NCBI GenBank assembly: GCA_963761335.1
Contig: CAVXGR010000017.1
Location: 224,001 to 288,000, forward strand
Source of the DNA: an uncultured delta proteobacterium
GTDB lineage: Bacteria > Desulfobacterota > Binatia > HRBIN30 > BPIQ01
Direction: 5' to 3'
DNA: 64,000 nucleotides
Notes under the pieces: model-generated
What the model saw: only the letters and a program-made list of their open reading frames with translations
Told to the model about the DNA's origin: nothing
The model's database searches: none
Shown: positions 44,359 through 54,812 of the stretch, in pieces
Position numbering within the stretch: the first letter of the stretch is position 1
Layout: every line of letters starts with the position of its first letter
Translations under genes and position numbers: made by a program

Positions 44359-45552
44359 ATGGCAAAGACATTCAAAGAGCTGATGGAAGAGGCCCGCCGG
44401 CACGTGCCGGAGTGGACCGTCGACGAGGTGCGCAGCCGTACCTCCAACGGCCGCGGTTATACGCTTCTCGACGTTCGCGAGAAGGAGGAGTTCCGCGAGG
44501 GCCATCTCGACGGCGCCATATCGCTGCCGCGCGGTTTTCTCGACATTCGCATCGAGGAGGTGGTCCCCGACAAGTCGGCTCCGGTGATCGCCTATTGCGC
44601 CGGGGGCACGCGCTCGCTGCTGGCGGCGAAGCTCATGAAGGAGATGGGGTACAGCGAGGTGGTCTCGATGAGCGGCGGCTACGGCGCCTGGAAGGGGGCC
44701 GGCCACCCGTGGGTGCAGGATCGACAGTTCACCGCCGATCAGCTCAACCGCTACAGCCGTCATTTCCTGCTTCCGGAGGTCGGCGAGAAAGGCCAGGCGA
44801 AGCTGCTCGACGCCAAGGTGCTGCTCATTGGCGCCGGCGGCCTGGGCTCGCCCTCGGCGTACTACCTCGCCGCCGCCGGCGTCGGCACCCTCGGCCTGGT
44901 GGACCACGACGTGGTCGACGTCAGCAATCTGCAGCGGCAGATCCTGCATACCAACGATCGCGTCGGCATGCCCAAGGTGGAGTCGGCGAAGCAGACGCTG
45001 ACGGCGCTCAACCCGGACATCAAGGTGATCGGCTATCAGGAGCGCCTGTCCTCCGAGAACATCATGCGCCTGATCGCCGACTACGACGTCATCGTCGACG
45101 GCTGTGACAACTTCCCCACCCGCTACCTCATCAACGACGCCTGCGTGATGGCCGGCAAGCCCAACGTGCACGGCAGCATCTTCCAGTTCGAAGGTCAGGC
45201 GACCGTCTTTCATCCGGGACTCGGTCCCTGCTACCGCTGCCTCTTTCCCGAGCCGCCACCTCCCGGCGCCGCTCCCAGCTGTCAGGAAGCGGGTGTCCTC
45301 GGCGTGCTGCCCGGTCTGGTCGGCTGCGTGCAGGCGCTGGAGACGATCAAGCTGATCCTCGGCATCGGCAAGCCCCTGGTCGGCCGCATGGTGTACTTCG
45401 ACACCCTCAGCATGGAGCTGCGCATTCACAAGCTGCGCAAGGATCCGCAGTGCCCGGTTTGCGGGGAGAACCCGACGGTGACCAAGCTGATCGACTATGA
45501 GGAGTTCTGCGGGCTGCGCGCCGGCGCCGGGGGTGCGGCGGCCCACGCGTAG
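44359..45552 (+). CDS. moeB: MoeB/ThiF-type adenylyltransferase with N-terminal rhodanese domain
   Basis: LLDVRE..YCAGGTRS rhodanese; RYSRH, GAGGLGS, SNLQRQ, PCYRC, CPVCG. Confidence 0.92.
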   Translation: MAKTFKELMEEARRHVPEWTVDEVRSRTSNGRGYTLLDVREKEEFREGHLDGAISLPRGFLDIRIEEVVPDKSAPVIAYCAGGTRSLLAAKLMKEMGYSEVVSMSGGYGAWKGAGHPWVQDRQFTADQLNRYSRHFLLPEVGEKGQAKLLDAKVLLIGAGGLGSPSAYYLAAAGVGTLGLVDHDVVDVSNLQRQILHTNDRVGMPKVESAKQTLTALNPDIKVIGYQERLSSENIMRLIADYDVIVDGCDNFPTRYLINDACVMAGKPNVHGSIFQFEGQATVFHPGLGPCYRCLFPEPPPPGAAPSCQEAGVLGVLPGLVGCVQALETIKLILGIGKPLVGRMVYFDTLSMELRIHKLRKDPQCPVCGENPTVTKLIDYEEFCGLRAGAGGAAAHA

Positions 45553-45555
45553 ATC

Positions 45556-45585
45556 GCAGCGTTGCGGCGGCCGCCGCAACGCTGC
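45556..45585. repeat. Perfect 30-bp palindrome
   Basis: GCAGCGTTGCGGCGGCCGCCGCAACGCTGC equals its own reverse complement. Confidence 0.85.
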
Positions 45586-45649
45586 CGCGGGCGAAGCGGC
45601 GCCGGCCGCCCACGGCGTTCTCGATGGCCGGCGCAGAAGCGGAGAGACC

Positions 45650-47080
45650 ATGCCTCGCCTGCATATGGGGGTCCGCGAGGAATGCGGCGTCTTTGGCGTG
45701 TTCGGCATTCCCGACGCCGCGCGCCTCACCTTTCTCGGGCTCTACGCGCTGCAACATCGCGGCCAGGAATCGAGCGGCATGGTGGTCGGCGACGGCGACA
45801 TCTGGCAGCGGCGCGCCGCCATGGGACTGGTGGATCAGGTCTATGATCAGCGGCAGCTGGCCGGCTGGACGGGCGACGTCGCCATCGGCCACAACCGCTA
45901 CTCGACGAGCGGCACCACGACGCTCGACAACGCCCAGCCGCTGCTGCTGGAGAGCGGCGGCATGCCGCTGGCCCTCTGCCACAACGGCAATTTGCTGGAC
46001 GCCGAGTCGCTGCACACCGGCCTCCCCCAGGGAACCTCGGACACGCGCATCCTGGCGGAGGCGGTCGCGGCCCTGGGGCCGGGCCAGGAGGGATGGCTCG
46101 ATCGCCTCGTCCACCTCTTCGCCCGGGTGCGCGGCGCCTACTCGCTGTTGCTGCTGTGCGGCCGCACCCTCTACGCCGTGCGCGATCCCAACGGCTTTCG
46201 GCCGCTCGCCCTGGGCAGGCTGGGCGACGGTTGGGTAGTCGCCTCGGAGTCGTGCGCCTTCGACCTGGTGGGGGCGCACCTCGAGCGCGAGGTGGAGCCC
46301 GGCGAGCTGATTCGCATCGGCGACGCCGGCGTCGAGAGCCGCCGCATCGGCGAGGCACAGCCACATCCGTGCGTCTTCGAGTGGATCTACTTCTCGCGGC
46401 CGGACAGCTTCGTCTTCGGGCGGCCGGTCGGCGAGGTGCGCATCGAGCTCGGCGAGCAGCTGGCGCGTGAAGCGCCGGCGGCGGCCGACGTCGTCGTGCC
46501 CGTGCCCGATTCGGCCAACTTTGCCGCGCTGGGCTACTCGCGGGCCTCCGGGATTCCCGTCGGCCACGGCCTCATCCGCAACCACTACGTCGGCCGCACC
46601 TTCATCGAGCCGGAGCAGACGGCGCGCGATTTCCGCGCCCGCATCAAGTACAACGTCTACGCGCCGGTGGTCAGGGGCAGGCGCGTGGTCCTGGTCGACG
46701 ACTCGTTGGTGCGTGGCACCACCACGCGCGCCCTGACACGCATGCTGCGCGACGCCGGAGCGACGGAGGTGCACATGCGCATCGCCGCGCCGCCGCTGCG
46801 CCATCAGTGCTTCTTTGGGGTCGACATTCCCGACCGCGACCTGCTGATCGCCGCCGGCCGCGACCTGGACGAGATCGCCGCGGCCCTGCACGTCGACAGC
46901 ATCGGCTACGTCTCCATCGACGGCGTCCTGGCGGTGGGCGGCAGCCGGCAGCTCTGTCACGGCTGCTTCTCGGGTCGCTATCCGGTGGCGATTCCCGAGG
47001 CGTCCTTGGACACGCAAATCGATTCTGATAAGCAGCCCGCCGTTCCCGCAGCGCCGCTCGGCGCTTCCGCGGAGCACTGA
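45650..47080 (+). CDS. purF: Amidophosphoribosyltransferase
   Basis: EECGVFG, LQHRGQES, GHNRYST, HNGNL, VLVDDSLVRGTT, Fe-S Cys residues (CVFE, CFFG, CHGC). Confidence 0.93.
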   Translation: MPRLHMGVREECGVFGVFGIPDAARLTFLGLYALQHRGQESSGMVVGDGDIWQRRAAMGLVDQVYDQRQLAGWTGDVAIGHNRYSTSGTTTLDNAQPLLLESGGMPLALCHNGNLLDAESLHTGLPQGTSDTRILAEAVAALGPGQEGWLDRLVHLFARVRGAYSLLLLCGRTLYAVRDPNGFRPLALGRLGDGWVVASESCAFDLVGAHLEREVEPGELIRIGDAGVESRRIGEAQPHPCVFEWIYFSRPDSFVFGRPVGEVRIELGEQLAREAPAAADVVVPVPDSANFAALGYSRASGIPVGHGLIRNHYVGRTFIEPEQTARDFRARIKYNVYAPVVRGRRVVLVDDSLVRGTTTRALTRMLRDAGATEVHMRIAAPPLRHQCFFGVDIPDRDLLIAAGRDLDEIAAALHVDSIGYVSIDGVLAVGGSRQLCHGCFSGRYPVAIPEASLDTQIDSDKQPAVPAAPLGASAEH

Positions 47081-47132
47081 CCATCAAGAGAGAGGATCGG
47101 CGTCGACAGAGCTGCGGGAGAGTTTGCCTGAA

Positions 47133-47399
47133 ATGAAGATCACGGTGAAGTTGCACGCGGTTCTGAAGAAGCATCTGGCGGCCGAGACGCAGGGAGTGAC
47201 GACGGTGGAGATCCGGGAGGGAGCGACGGTGCGCGAGCTGATCGAGCGCCTGGGCATCCCGCTGGATCACGCCGGCATGAAGGTCTCGGGGAGCGAGCAA
47301 CTGGAGCTCACCTCGGTGCTGCACGAGGGGCAGGAGGTGAGTCTTTTTCCGCCGCTGGCCGGGGGCATCGACCCGCCGGCGGCGATGCGGCGCGGGTGA
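47133..47399 (+). CDS. MoaD/ThiS-family sulfur carrier with post-GG extension
   Basis: Beta-grasp pattern ending VSLFPPLAGG followed by IDPPAAMRRG. Confidence 0.8.
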   Translation: MKITVKLHAVLKKHLAAETQGVTTVEIREGATVRELIERLGIPLDHAGMKVSGSEQLELTSVLHEGQEVSLFPPLAGGIDPPAAMRRG

Positions 47400-47447
47400 T
47401 CGTCTTCGCCGCTCGCCGGCGGTGCGCATCGCTCCAGCGGAGGTCAT

Positions 47448-49328
47448 ATGACGACGTCGACTGAACAGGCCCTGTGTGCGCGCGCCGCACAGTTGCGCAT
47501 CGATAGCCTGCGCGCCACCTCGGAAGCGGGCTCGGGACATCCGACCTCGTGCCTGTCGGCCGCCGATCTGATGGCGGCGCTGTTCTTTCACGTCATGCGC
47601 TATCATCCGCGCGACCCGGCCAGCGCCGACAATGATCGCTTCGTTCTCTCCAAGGGGCATGCGGCGCCGATCCTCTACGCCGCCTGGGCCGAGGCGGGGA
47701 GCTTCCCGCGCGAGCATCTGCTGTCCCTGCGCCGTATCGACAGCGATCTCGAGGGGCATCCGACGCCGCGCTTTGCCGGAACCCTGGCGGCGACCGGCTC
47801 CCTCGGCCAGGGGCTCTCGGTCGGTCTGGGTGCCGCCTTCGCCGGGAAGCTCGACAGAGAGGCCTATCGTGTCTTCGTCCTGCTCGGCGACGGGGAGACG
47901 GCGGAGGGGTCGGTGTGGGAGGCGGTGGCGCTGGCGTCGTACTACAAGCTCGACAACCTGGTGGCCATGGTCGACGTCAACGCTCTCGGGCAGAGCCAGC
48001 GCACCATGTACGAGCACGACGTCGAGTCGTACCGCCGCCGCTTCGATTCCTTCGGCTGGCACGCCCAGGCGATCGACGGTCACGACATGAAGGCCATCCT
48101 CGCGGCCTTCGAGGAGGCGCTGGCAGTGCAGGGCAAGCCGGCGGTGATCATCGCGCGCACGCTGAAAGGGAAGGGGGTCTCCTTCGTCGAGGACAAGAAC
48201 GGCTGGCACGGCAAGGCGCTGAAGAAGGGGGAGGAGCTCGAGCGCGCCGTGCGCGAGATCGAGTCCGCCTGCCCGCCGGCCGGCGCCGGTCCCGCCGGTA
48301 TTCCCGCACCGCCGAAGGCGCACGCGACGCGCGGCACGGTCGTCGCCGCAAACACGGGGCGCATGGCGCCGCCGTCCTATGCCGCCGACGCCCAGGTGGC
48401 GACCCGCGAGGCCTACGGCACGGCGCTGGCCAAGCTCGGCAAGGTCGATCCGTCGATCGTCGTGCTCGACGGCGACACCAAGAACTCCACCTTCGCGGAG
48501 CGTTTCCAGGAGGCCGAGCCGCAGCGGTTCTTCGAGGGCTTCATCGCCGAGCAGAACATCGTCGGCGCCGCCGTGGGGATGGGCGCGAGCGGCAAGGTTC
48601 CGTTCCTCTCCACCTTCGCCTGCTTCCTCACCCGCGCCTTCGACCAGATCCGCATGGCGGCGATCTCGCAGGCCAACATCAAGTGTGCCGGCTCACACTG
48701 CGGCGTCTCCATCGGCGAGGACGGCCCTTCGCAGATGGGGCTCGAGGACCTCGCCATGATGCGGGCGATCCCCGACTCGCTGGTGCTGTACCCCGCCGAC
48801 GCCGTCTGCACCGAGCGCCTGGTGGCGGCGGCGGCGCAGCACCAGGGCATCTGCTACCTGCGTCTGTCGCGCCCGAAGACGCCGATCCTGTACGGCGCCG
48901 GCGATGCGTTCCCCATTCCCGGCTCGAAGGTGCTGCGCTCGAGCGAGGCGGATGCACTCACCGTGGTCGCTGCCGGCGTAACCCTGTTCGAGGCGCTCGA
49001 CGCCTACGAGCGGCTGCGGCAGGAGGGCGTCTCCATACGTGTCATCGACGCCTACAGCGTCAAGCCGCTCGACGCCGCGGGGATCCTGGCGGCGGCGCGC
49101 GCCACCAACAACCTCGTGCTCGTCGTCGAGGACCACTACGCCGACGGTGGTCTCGGCGACGCGGTGCTCGCCGGCGTCGCCGCCGAAGGCGTGCGCGTGC
49201 ACAAGCTGGCGGTGCGCCAGGTACCGCGCTCCGGCAAGCCGGCGGAGCTCCTCGACCTCTGCGGCATCAGCGCTCGCGCCATCGTCGAGACGGCCCGCGC
49301 CCTTGCGAGTCGTGGCGCCGCCTCCTGA
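47448..49328 (+). CDS. tkt: Transketolase
   Basis: SGHPTSC, SKGHAAP, GSLGQG, GDGETAEG, FIAEQN, SIGEDGPSQM. Confidence 0.93.
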   Translation: MTTSTEQALCARAAQLRIDSLRATSEAGSGHPTSCLSAADLMAALFFHVMRYHPRDPASADNDRFVLSKGHAAPILYAAWAEAGSFPREHLLSLRRIDSDLEGHPTPRFAGTLAATGSLGQGLSVGLGAAFAGKLDREAYRVFVLLGDGETAEGSVWEAVALASYYKLDNLVAMVDVNALGQSQRTMYEHDVESYRRRFDSFGWHAQAIDGHDMKAILAAFEEALAVQGKPAVIIARTLKGKGVSFVEDKNGWHGKALKKGEELERAVREIESACPPAGAGPAGIPAPPKAHATRGTVVAANTGRMAPPSYAADAQVATREAYGTALAKLGKVDPSIVVLDGDTKNSTFAERFQEAEPQRFFEGFIAEQNIVGAAVGMGASGKVPFLSTFACFLTRAFDQIRMAAISQANIKCAGSHCGVSIGEDGPSQMGLEDLAMMRAIPDSLVLYPADAVCTERLVAAAAQHQGICYLRLSRPKTPILYGAGDAFPIPGSKVLRSSEADALTVVAAGVTLFEALDAYERLRQEGVSIRVIDAYSVKPLDAAGILAAARATNNLVLVVEDHYADGGLGDAVLAGVAAEGVRVHKLAVRQVPRSGKPAELLDLCGISARAIVETARALASRGAAS

Positions 49329-49337
49329 AGCGAAAGA

Positions 49338-49434
49338 GAGTTATCGGGTTTTCGGGTGATCGAGTTGCCGGGTGGGAAGGCAGACGGAAGGCTTGCGCCT
49401 GCTTCAACCCGACAACTCGATAACCCGACAACCG
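49338..49434. repeat. Octamer (G(A/G)GTTATC-like) tandem repeat hairpin
   Basis: gagttatc-gggttttc-gggtgatc-gagttgcc, then inverted gacaactc-gataaccc-gacaaccg; between convergent genes. Confidence 0.75.
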
Positions 49435-49435
49435 A

Positions 49436-49918
49436 TTAATCGATTGCCTGCGGATCGCTGCGGGCGATCAGGGCGCGGAGCTGCTCGGCGTGGTGCGTCT
49501 CGTCGCGGACCCGGCCGCGGAGGAAATCGGCGAGCTCCGGCTCGTCGTCGCTGAGTTCGGTGGCGTAATCGAGCATGTCGCTGATGGCGGCGCGGTGCGC
49601 CTCCAGGTCGCGCACCAGCCGCCCCCAGTAGTTCAGGGTGCCGGACGGCTCGGGCGTCTTGCGCGCCTCGCCGGCGAAGCCGTCGCGGGCGACGATCTCG
49701 GCGCGCAGGAGATCGGCGAGAACCATCTCGCCCTGCGCCAGGCGCTCGAGCGAGATGCGACCGGACTCGTGCGGGGCGAGCTCGGCGTGCCGCTCCATCT
49801 GCCGCGACCGCTGCACGGCGGCGATGTAGAAGCGGCGCAGCCGAGGAATCGCCTCCTCGCGGGCCTCTTCCTCGTCCTCGCCGATCAGAACCCGGGAGAT
49901 TCTCGACAGAAAGCTCAT
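49436..49918 (-). CDS. Ferritin-like domain protein
   Basis: Helical, with DLEAH and DETHHAEQL (ExxH-type) motifs. Confidence 0.55.
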   Translation of the reverse strand: MSFLSRISRVLIGEDEEEAREEAIPRLRRFYIAAVQRSRQMERHAELAPHESGRISLERLAQGEMVLADLLRAEIVARDGFAGEARKTPEPSGTLNYWGRLVRDLEAHRAAISDMLDYATELSDDEPELADFLRGRVRDETHHAEQLRALIARSDPQAID

Positions 49919-49990
49919 GCCGGCGGAGTTACTAGACGGGGGCGGCTCCGGAGTCAAATCGCCGCTGCGGGATGGGCGCTGACCTGCCAG

Positions 49991-50124
49991 GGCGAAGAGA
50001 ATGTAAAATGGAGAACCGTGACCGGTGATGGAGAACCGGCCAACGCGGCGATTCCCCGGGGAGCGTTATCCCGTTCTCCATTGTCGGTCACCGGTTCTCC
50101 ATTTTACATTCTCCTCTTCTCGCC
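49991..50124. repeat. Long imperfect inverted repeat
   Basis: Perfect 21-bp arms at 49997-50017/50093-50113, plus inner pairing ATGGAGAAC/GTTCTCCAT. Confidence 0.85.
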
Positions 50125-50197
50125 CCCCGGGGGTTTGCCTGCAGCGGAATTTCCGCTACAAGTAGATGCTCATCTCCTGGAGGAGCGTGTTTCCACT

Positions 50198-50392
50198 ATG
50201 GCTAGAATCACCGTCGAAGACTGCTTGGAAAGAGTGGGTAACCGCTTCGAGCTCGTGCTGCTCAGCACCAAACGGGCCAAGCAGCTGCTGAAGGGCGCCC
50301 GTCCCCTGGTGGAGACCGACAACAAGGAGGTCGTCACCTCGCTGCGCGAGATCGCCGCGGGGAAGGTCGAGATGCATTACCCCGAGGAGTAG
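50198..50392 (+). CDS. rpoZ: RNA polymerase omega subunit
   Basis: [33 protein letters not shown]. Confidence 0.95.
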   Translation: MARITVEDCLERVGNRFELVLLSTKRAKQLLKGARPLVETDNKEVVTSLREIAAGKVEMHYPEE

Positions 50393-50463
50393 TCGGGCTC
50401 TCCGGGAAGTTTCCTTTGGCGCCCGCGATGGGGCGCGGCGCCCCGGCTCCGGGGCGAGCAGTC

Positions 50464-51510
50464 ATGGCCGAAGACGATATCGTCGAGGAAGAGCTGCCAG
50501 GCGACCAGCCCGAGAGTGACGTCGAGCCAGAGACCGTCGGGGCTCTGGAGGACGGATCGGTGGCCGAGGCGGTCTCCGATGACGACGACGCTGCGGAGGA
50601 AGAGACCGCCGAGGACGGCGGCGGCGTCGTGGCGATACCCGAGCGAGCCGGCTCGCTGGTTCCCTACGACTCGCTGCAGCGCTACCTGAGCGAGATCCGC
50701 AAGTACCCGCTGCTCAGCCGCGAGGAGGAGCATCGACTGGCGGTGCGCTACCGGGAAGAGGGCGATCTCGATTCCGCCTATCAGCTGGTAACCTCGAATC
50801 TGCGCTTGGTCGTGCTGATTGCGCGCGAGTACCAGCGCGCTTTCCGCAACATTCTCGACCTCGTTCAGGAGGGCAACATCGGCTTGATGGAGGCGGTCAA
50901 GAAGTTCGACCCCTACCGCGGCGTGCGCTTCCCCTCCTATGCGGTGTGGTGGATTCGCGCCTACATCATCCGCTACGTCATGAACAACTGGCGGCTGGTG
51001 AAGATCGGCACCACGCAGGCGCAGCGCAAGCTCTTCTTCAACCTGCAGAAGGAGAAGGATCGCCTGGAGGCGGAGGGCTTTGCCGCCCAGCCCAAGCTGA
51101 TCGCCCAGCGCCTGGACGTCAAGGAGGCCGAGGTCGTCGAGATGCAGCAGCGGCTGGCGGCGCGCGATCTCTCCGTGGATGCGCCGGTCGACGACAGCGG
51201 CTCGGGGTCGCTCCTCGACATCCTCCCCGGCGGCGGCGGCACGACCGAGGAGCGCATGGCGGAGGCGGAGTACCGCTCCAAGATCTCCGAGAAGATCCAC
51301 GAGTTCGGCGCCGGCCTCACCGGCAAGGACCGCGTCATCTTCGATTCCCGGCTGCTCGCCGACGAGCCGCTGACGCTGCAGGAGATCGGCGATCGCTACG
51401 GCATCAGTCGCGAGCGCGTGCGCCAGATCGAGAGCCGCCTGAAGAAGAGGCTCAAGCAGTATCTCTTGGCGCAGATGGAGGACCTCGAGGAGACCGTCCT
51501 CGGCCCCTGA
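50464..51510 (+). CDS. rpoH: Sigma-32 (RpoH-like) sigma factor
   Basis: LVQEGNIGLM, YAVWWIRAYI, RpoH box TTQAQRKLFFNL, SRERVRQIE. Confidence 0.88.
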   Translation: MAEDDIVEEELPGDQPESDVEPETVGALEDGSVAEAVSDDDDAAEEETAEDGGGVVAIPERAGSLVPYDSLQRYLSEIRKYPLLSREEEHRLAVRYREEGDLDSAYQLVTSNLRLVVLIAREYQRAFRNILDLVQEGNIGLMEAVKKFDPYRGVRFPSYAVWWIRAYIIRYVMNNWRLVKIGTTQAQRKLFFNLQKEKDRLEAEGFAAQPKLIAQRLDVKEAEVVEMQQRLAARDLSVDAPVDDSGSGSLLDILPGGGGTTEERMAEAEYRSKISEKIHEFGAGLTGKDRVIFDSRLLADEPLTLQEIGDRYGISRERVRQIESRLKKRLKQYLLAQMEDLEETVLGP

Positions 51511-51545
51511 GGCCACGCTGCGGCCCGCTCTTTCATTCATTCTCC

Positions 51546-51677
51546 GTTCTCATTTCCGGTTCTCATCCCGTCGTTTTTCATTCGCTTTGAAGGCCCCGGG
51601 GTGAGTCCCGGGCGACCGGTCTCACCGTGCCGTGCAGTACAATGGGAAACGACGGGATGAGAACCGGGAATGAGAAC
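51546..51677. repeat. 31-bp inverted repeat pair
   Basis: 51546-51576 vs 51647-51677, 30/31; a 17-bp piece recurs at 63069-63085. Confidence 0.85.
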
Positions 51678-51795
51678 CGAAAACGGCCCTCAACACCCAA
51701 CACCTCAACACCTCGTCCCCGCGCCTTGCGACCTCGGGACCCCGTCGCTATAGTCGCGCCTTCCACATCATCCGGCGCTCAGGGGGAACACTCGC

Positions 51796-53445
51796 ATGGG
51801 ATCGATTCACGGGGGGCGTGTCGTAGCGAAAGCTCTGCAGGCGGAGGGCGTGCCGTTCGTCTTCACGCTCTGCGGCGGGCACGTCATGCCCATTTACGAC
51901 GGCTGCGTCGACGAGGGGATTCGCGTCATCGACGTGCGCCACGAGCAGACGGCGGCGCACGCCGCCGACGGCTGGGCGCGGGTCACCGGCAGGCCCGGGG
52001 TTGCCATCGTCACCGCCGGCCCGGGTCTCACCGACGCGGTTACCGGCGTCGCCAGCGCCTACCGCGCCAACATCCCCATGCTCATCATCGGCGGGCAGGG
52101 GCCGCGGCCCTTCGCCGACATGGGGTCGCTGCAGGACATGAACCACGTCGAGCTCATGCGGCCGATCACCAAATGGGCCGTCTCGGTCCCCGAAGGTCGG
52201 CGGCTGGCGGAGTACGTGTCGATCGCCTTCCGCAAGGCGACCACCGGCCTTCCGGGCCCGGTGTTCCTCGAGATGCCGATCGACCAGCTCTTCGACACCT
52301 ACGAGGAGGAGCGGGTCGTCTTTCCGACGCGCTACCGCACCGAGGCCGGCATCGCCGGCGATCCGCGCTACGTCGCCATGGCCTTCGAGCTGCTCAAGAA
52401 GGCCGAGCGCCCGGTGGCTCTGGTGGGTACGCAGCTGCGCTGGTCGGCGCGTCGCGAGGCGTACCCGGAGTTCGTGCAGACCTTCGGCATGCCGGTATAC
52501 GTCAACGGCCTCGGCCGCGGCTCGCTGCCGCCCGAGAGCCCCTTCTTCTTCTCACAGACGCGCAAGGATGCCCTCAAGCAGGCCGATGTGGTGCTGATCT
52601 TCGGCACGCCCCTCGACTTCCGGCTCGGCTACGGCCGCGAGAGCCACATCAATCCGGAGGCCAAGCTCATCCAGGTGGACCTCGACGGGGCCGAGCTCGG
52701 GCGCAACCGGCCGGTCGACGTCGGCATCATCGGCGACACCGGCCTGGTGATGGAGCAGCTCACCCAGTGCGCCTCGCTCGACGGCTTCACCTCCGCAATG
52801 GTCAAGCCGTGGCTGGAGCAGCTGCGGCAGCGCGAGACCGAGAAGCGGGAGCGGCTGGCGGCGGAGCGCGACTCCGACGCGGTGCCGATCAATCCACTGC
52901 GCGCCTGCCGCGACATCGCCGACGTTCTCGATCGCGACGCCATCGTCATCGGCGACGGCGGCGACTTCGTGGCCACCGCCGCCTCGATCGTGCGCATCTA
53001 CCAGCAGGGGCACTGGCTGGATCCGGGTCCCCTCGGCACCCTCGGCGTCGGGCCGGGCTACGCCATGGCGGCCAAGCTGGCGAAGCCGAACAGCACGGTG
53101 ATGATCATCTACGGCGATGGCTCCTTCGGCCTGCACGCCATGGAGTTCGAGGCCTGCATCCGGCAGAAGATCAACATCGTCGGTGTCATCGGCAACGACG
53201 CCGGCTGGACGCAGATCCTCCGCGGCCAGGTGCAGATCTACGGCGAGGAGCGCGCCGTGGCCACACGCCTGGCGTACACCCGCTACGACAAGGTGGTCGA
53301 GGCGCTCGGCGGGCACGGGGAGTACGTGGAGCGGCCGGAGGAGCTCAAGCCGGCGCTCGAACGGGCTCTCTCCGCGGGCAAGCCGGCGCTGGTGAACGTC
53401 AAGATCGGCAAGAGTGACTTCCGCAAGGACGCCATCTCCATCTGA
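51796..53445 (+). CDS. ThDP-dependent enzyme (ILVBL/2-hydroxyacyl-CoA lyase/ALS-like)
   Basis: [39 protein letters not shown]. Confidence 0.88.
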   Translation: MGSIHGGRVVAKALQAEGVPFVFTLCGGHVMPIYDGCVDEGIRVIDVRHEQTAAHAADGWARVTGRPGVAIVTAGPGLTDAVTGVASAYRANIPMLIIGGQGPRPFADMGSLQDMNHVELMRPITKWAVSVPEGRRLAEYVSIAFRKATTGLPGPVFLEMPIDQLFDTYEEERVVFPTRYRTEAGIAGDPRYVAMAFELLKKAERPVALVGTQLRWSARREAYPEFVQTFGMPVYVNGLGRGSLPPESPFFFSQTRKDALKQADVVLIFGTPLDFRLGYGRESHINPEAKLIQVDLDGAELGRNRPVDVGIIGDTGLVMEQLTQCASLDGFTSAMVKPWLEQLRQRETEKRERLAAERDSDAVPINPLRACRDIADVLDRDAIVIGDGGDFVATAASIVRIYQQGHWLDPGPLGTLGVGPGYAMAAKLAKPNSTVMIIYGDGSFGLHAMEFEACIRQKINIVGVIGNDAGWTQILRGQVQIYGEERAVATRLAYTRYDKVVEALGGHGEYVERPEELKPALERALSAGKPALVNVKIGKSDFRKDAISI

Positions 53446-53455
53446 GGCGGCCGCC

Positions 53456-54193
<738 letters not shown>

Positions 54194-54212
54194 GCGCGGT
54201 GGCGAGCGGCGC

Positions 54213-54812
54213 ATGCAAGTGAAGGAGGCGCGCTTCTTCGCCGGCGCCGCCGAGGCCGGGCGACTGCCGCGAGCGCAGGGACCGGAGATTGCCTTTGCGG
54301 GCCGCTCGAACGTCGGCAAGTCGACGCTGCTGAACGCCCTGACCGGCCGCCATCAGCTGGCGCGGGTCAGCAAGACGCCGGGCCGCACGCAGCAGATCAA
54401 CTTTTTCGCCCTCGACGATCGCCTGGTCTTCGTCGATCTCCCCGGGTACGGCTTCGCCCGCGTGCCGCTGGCGGTCAAGGAGCGCTGGAAGGTCCTGGTC
54501 GAGAGCTACCTGGCGAGCCGCGAGGCGCTGCGCGGCGTGGTGCTGATCGTCGATGTGCGCCGCGGCGTGCAGGAGGACGACGCCATGCTCATCGATTTCC
54601 TGCGAGCCAGCTCGATTCCGGTGATCCTGGTGGCCACCAAGCTCGACAAGCTGCCGCGCGGGCAGCGGCAGAAGGCGCTGCGGCAGATCTCCCTGCGCCC
54701 GCTGCGGGGCGTATCGGCCGTCGTCGGCTTCGCCGCGCCGACGGGCGAGGGCGTGCGCGAGCTCTGGCGCGAGATCGAGATGCTGGCGGGCGCGCGCCTC
54801 AAAGGGCCGTGA
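54213..54812 (+). CDS. engB: Ribosome biogenesis GTPase YihA/EngB
   Basis: GRSNVGKS, SKTPGRTQ, DLPGYG, TKLDK. Confidence 0.95.
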   Translation: MQVKEARFFAGAAEAGRLPRAQGPEIAFAGRSNVGKSTLLNALTGRHQLARVSKTPGRTQQINFFALDDRLVFVDLPGYGFARVPLAVKERWKVLVESYLASREALRGVVLIVDVRRGVQEDDAMLIDFLRASSIPVILVATKLDKLPRGQRQKALRQISLRPLRGVSAVVGFAAPTGEGVRELWREIEMLAGARLKGP

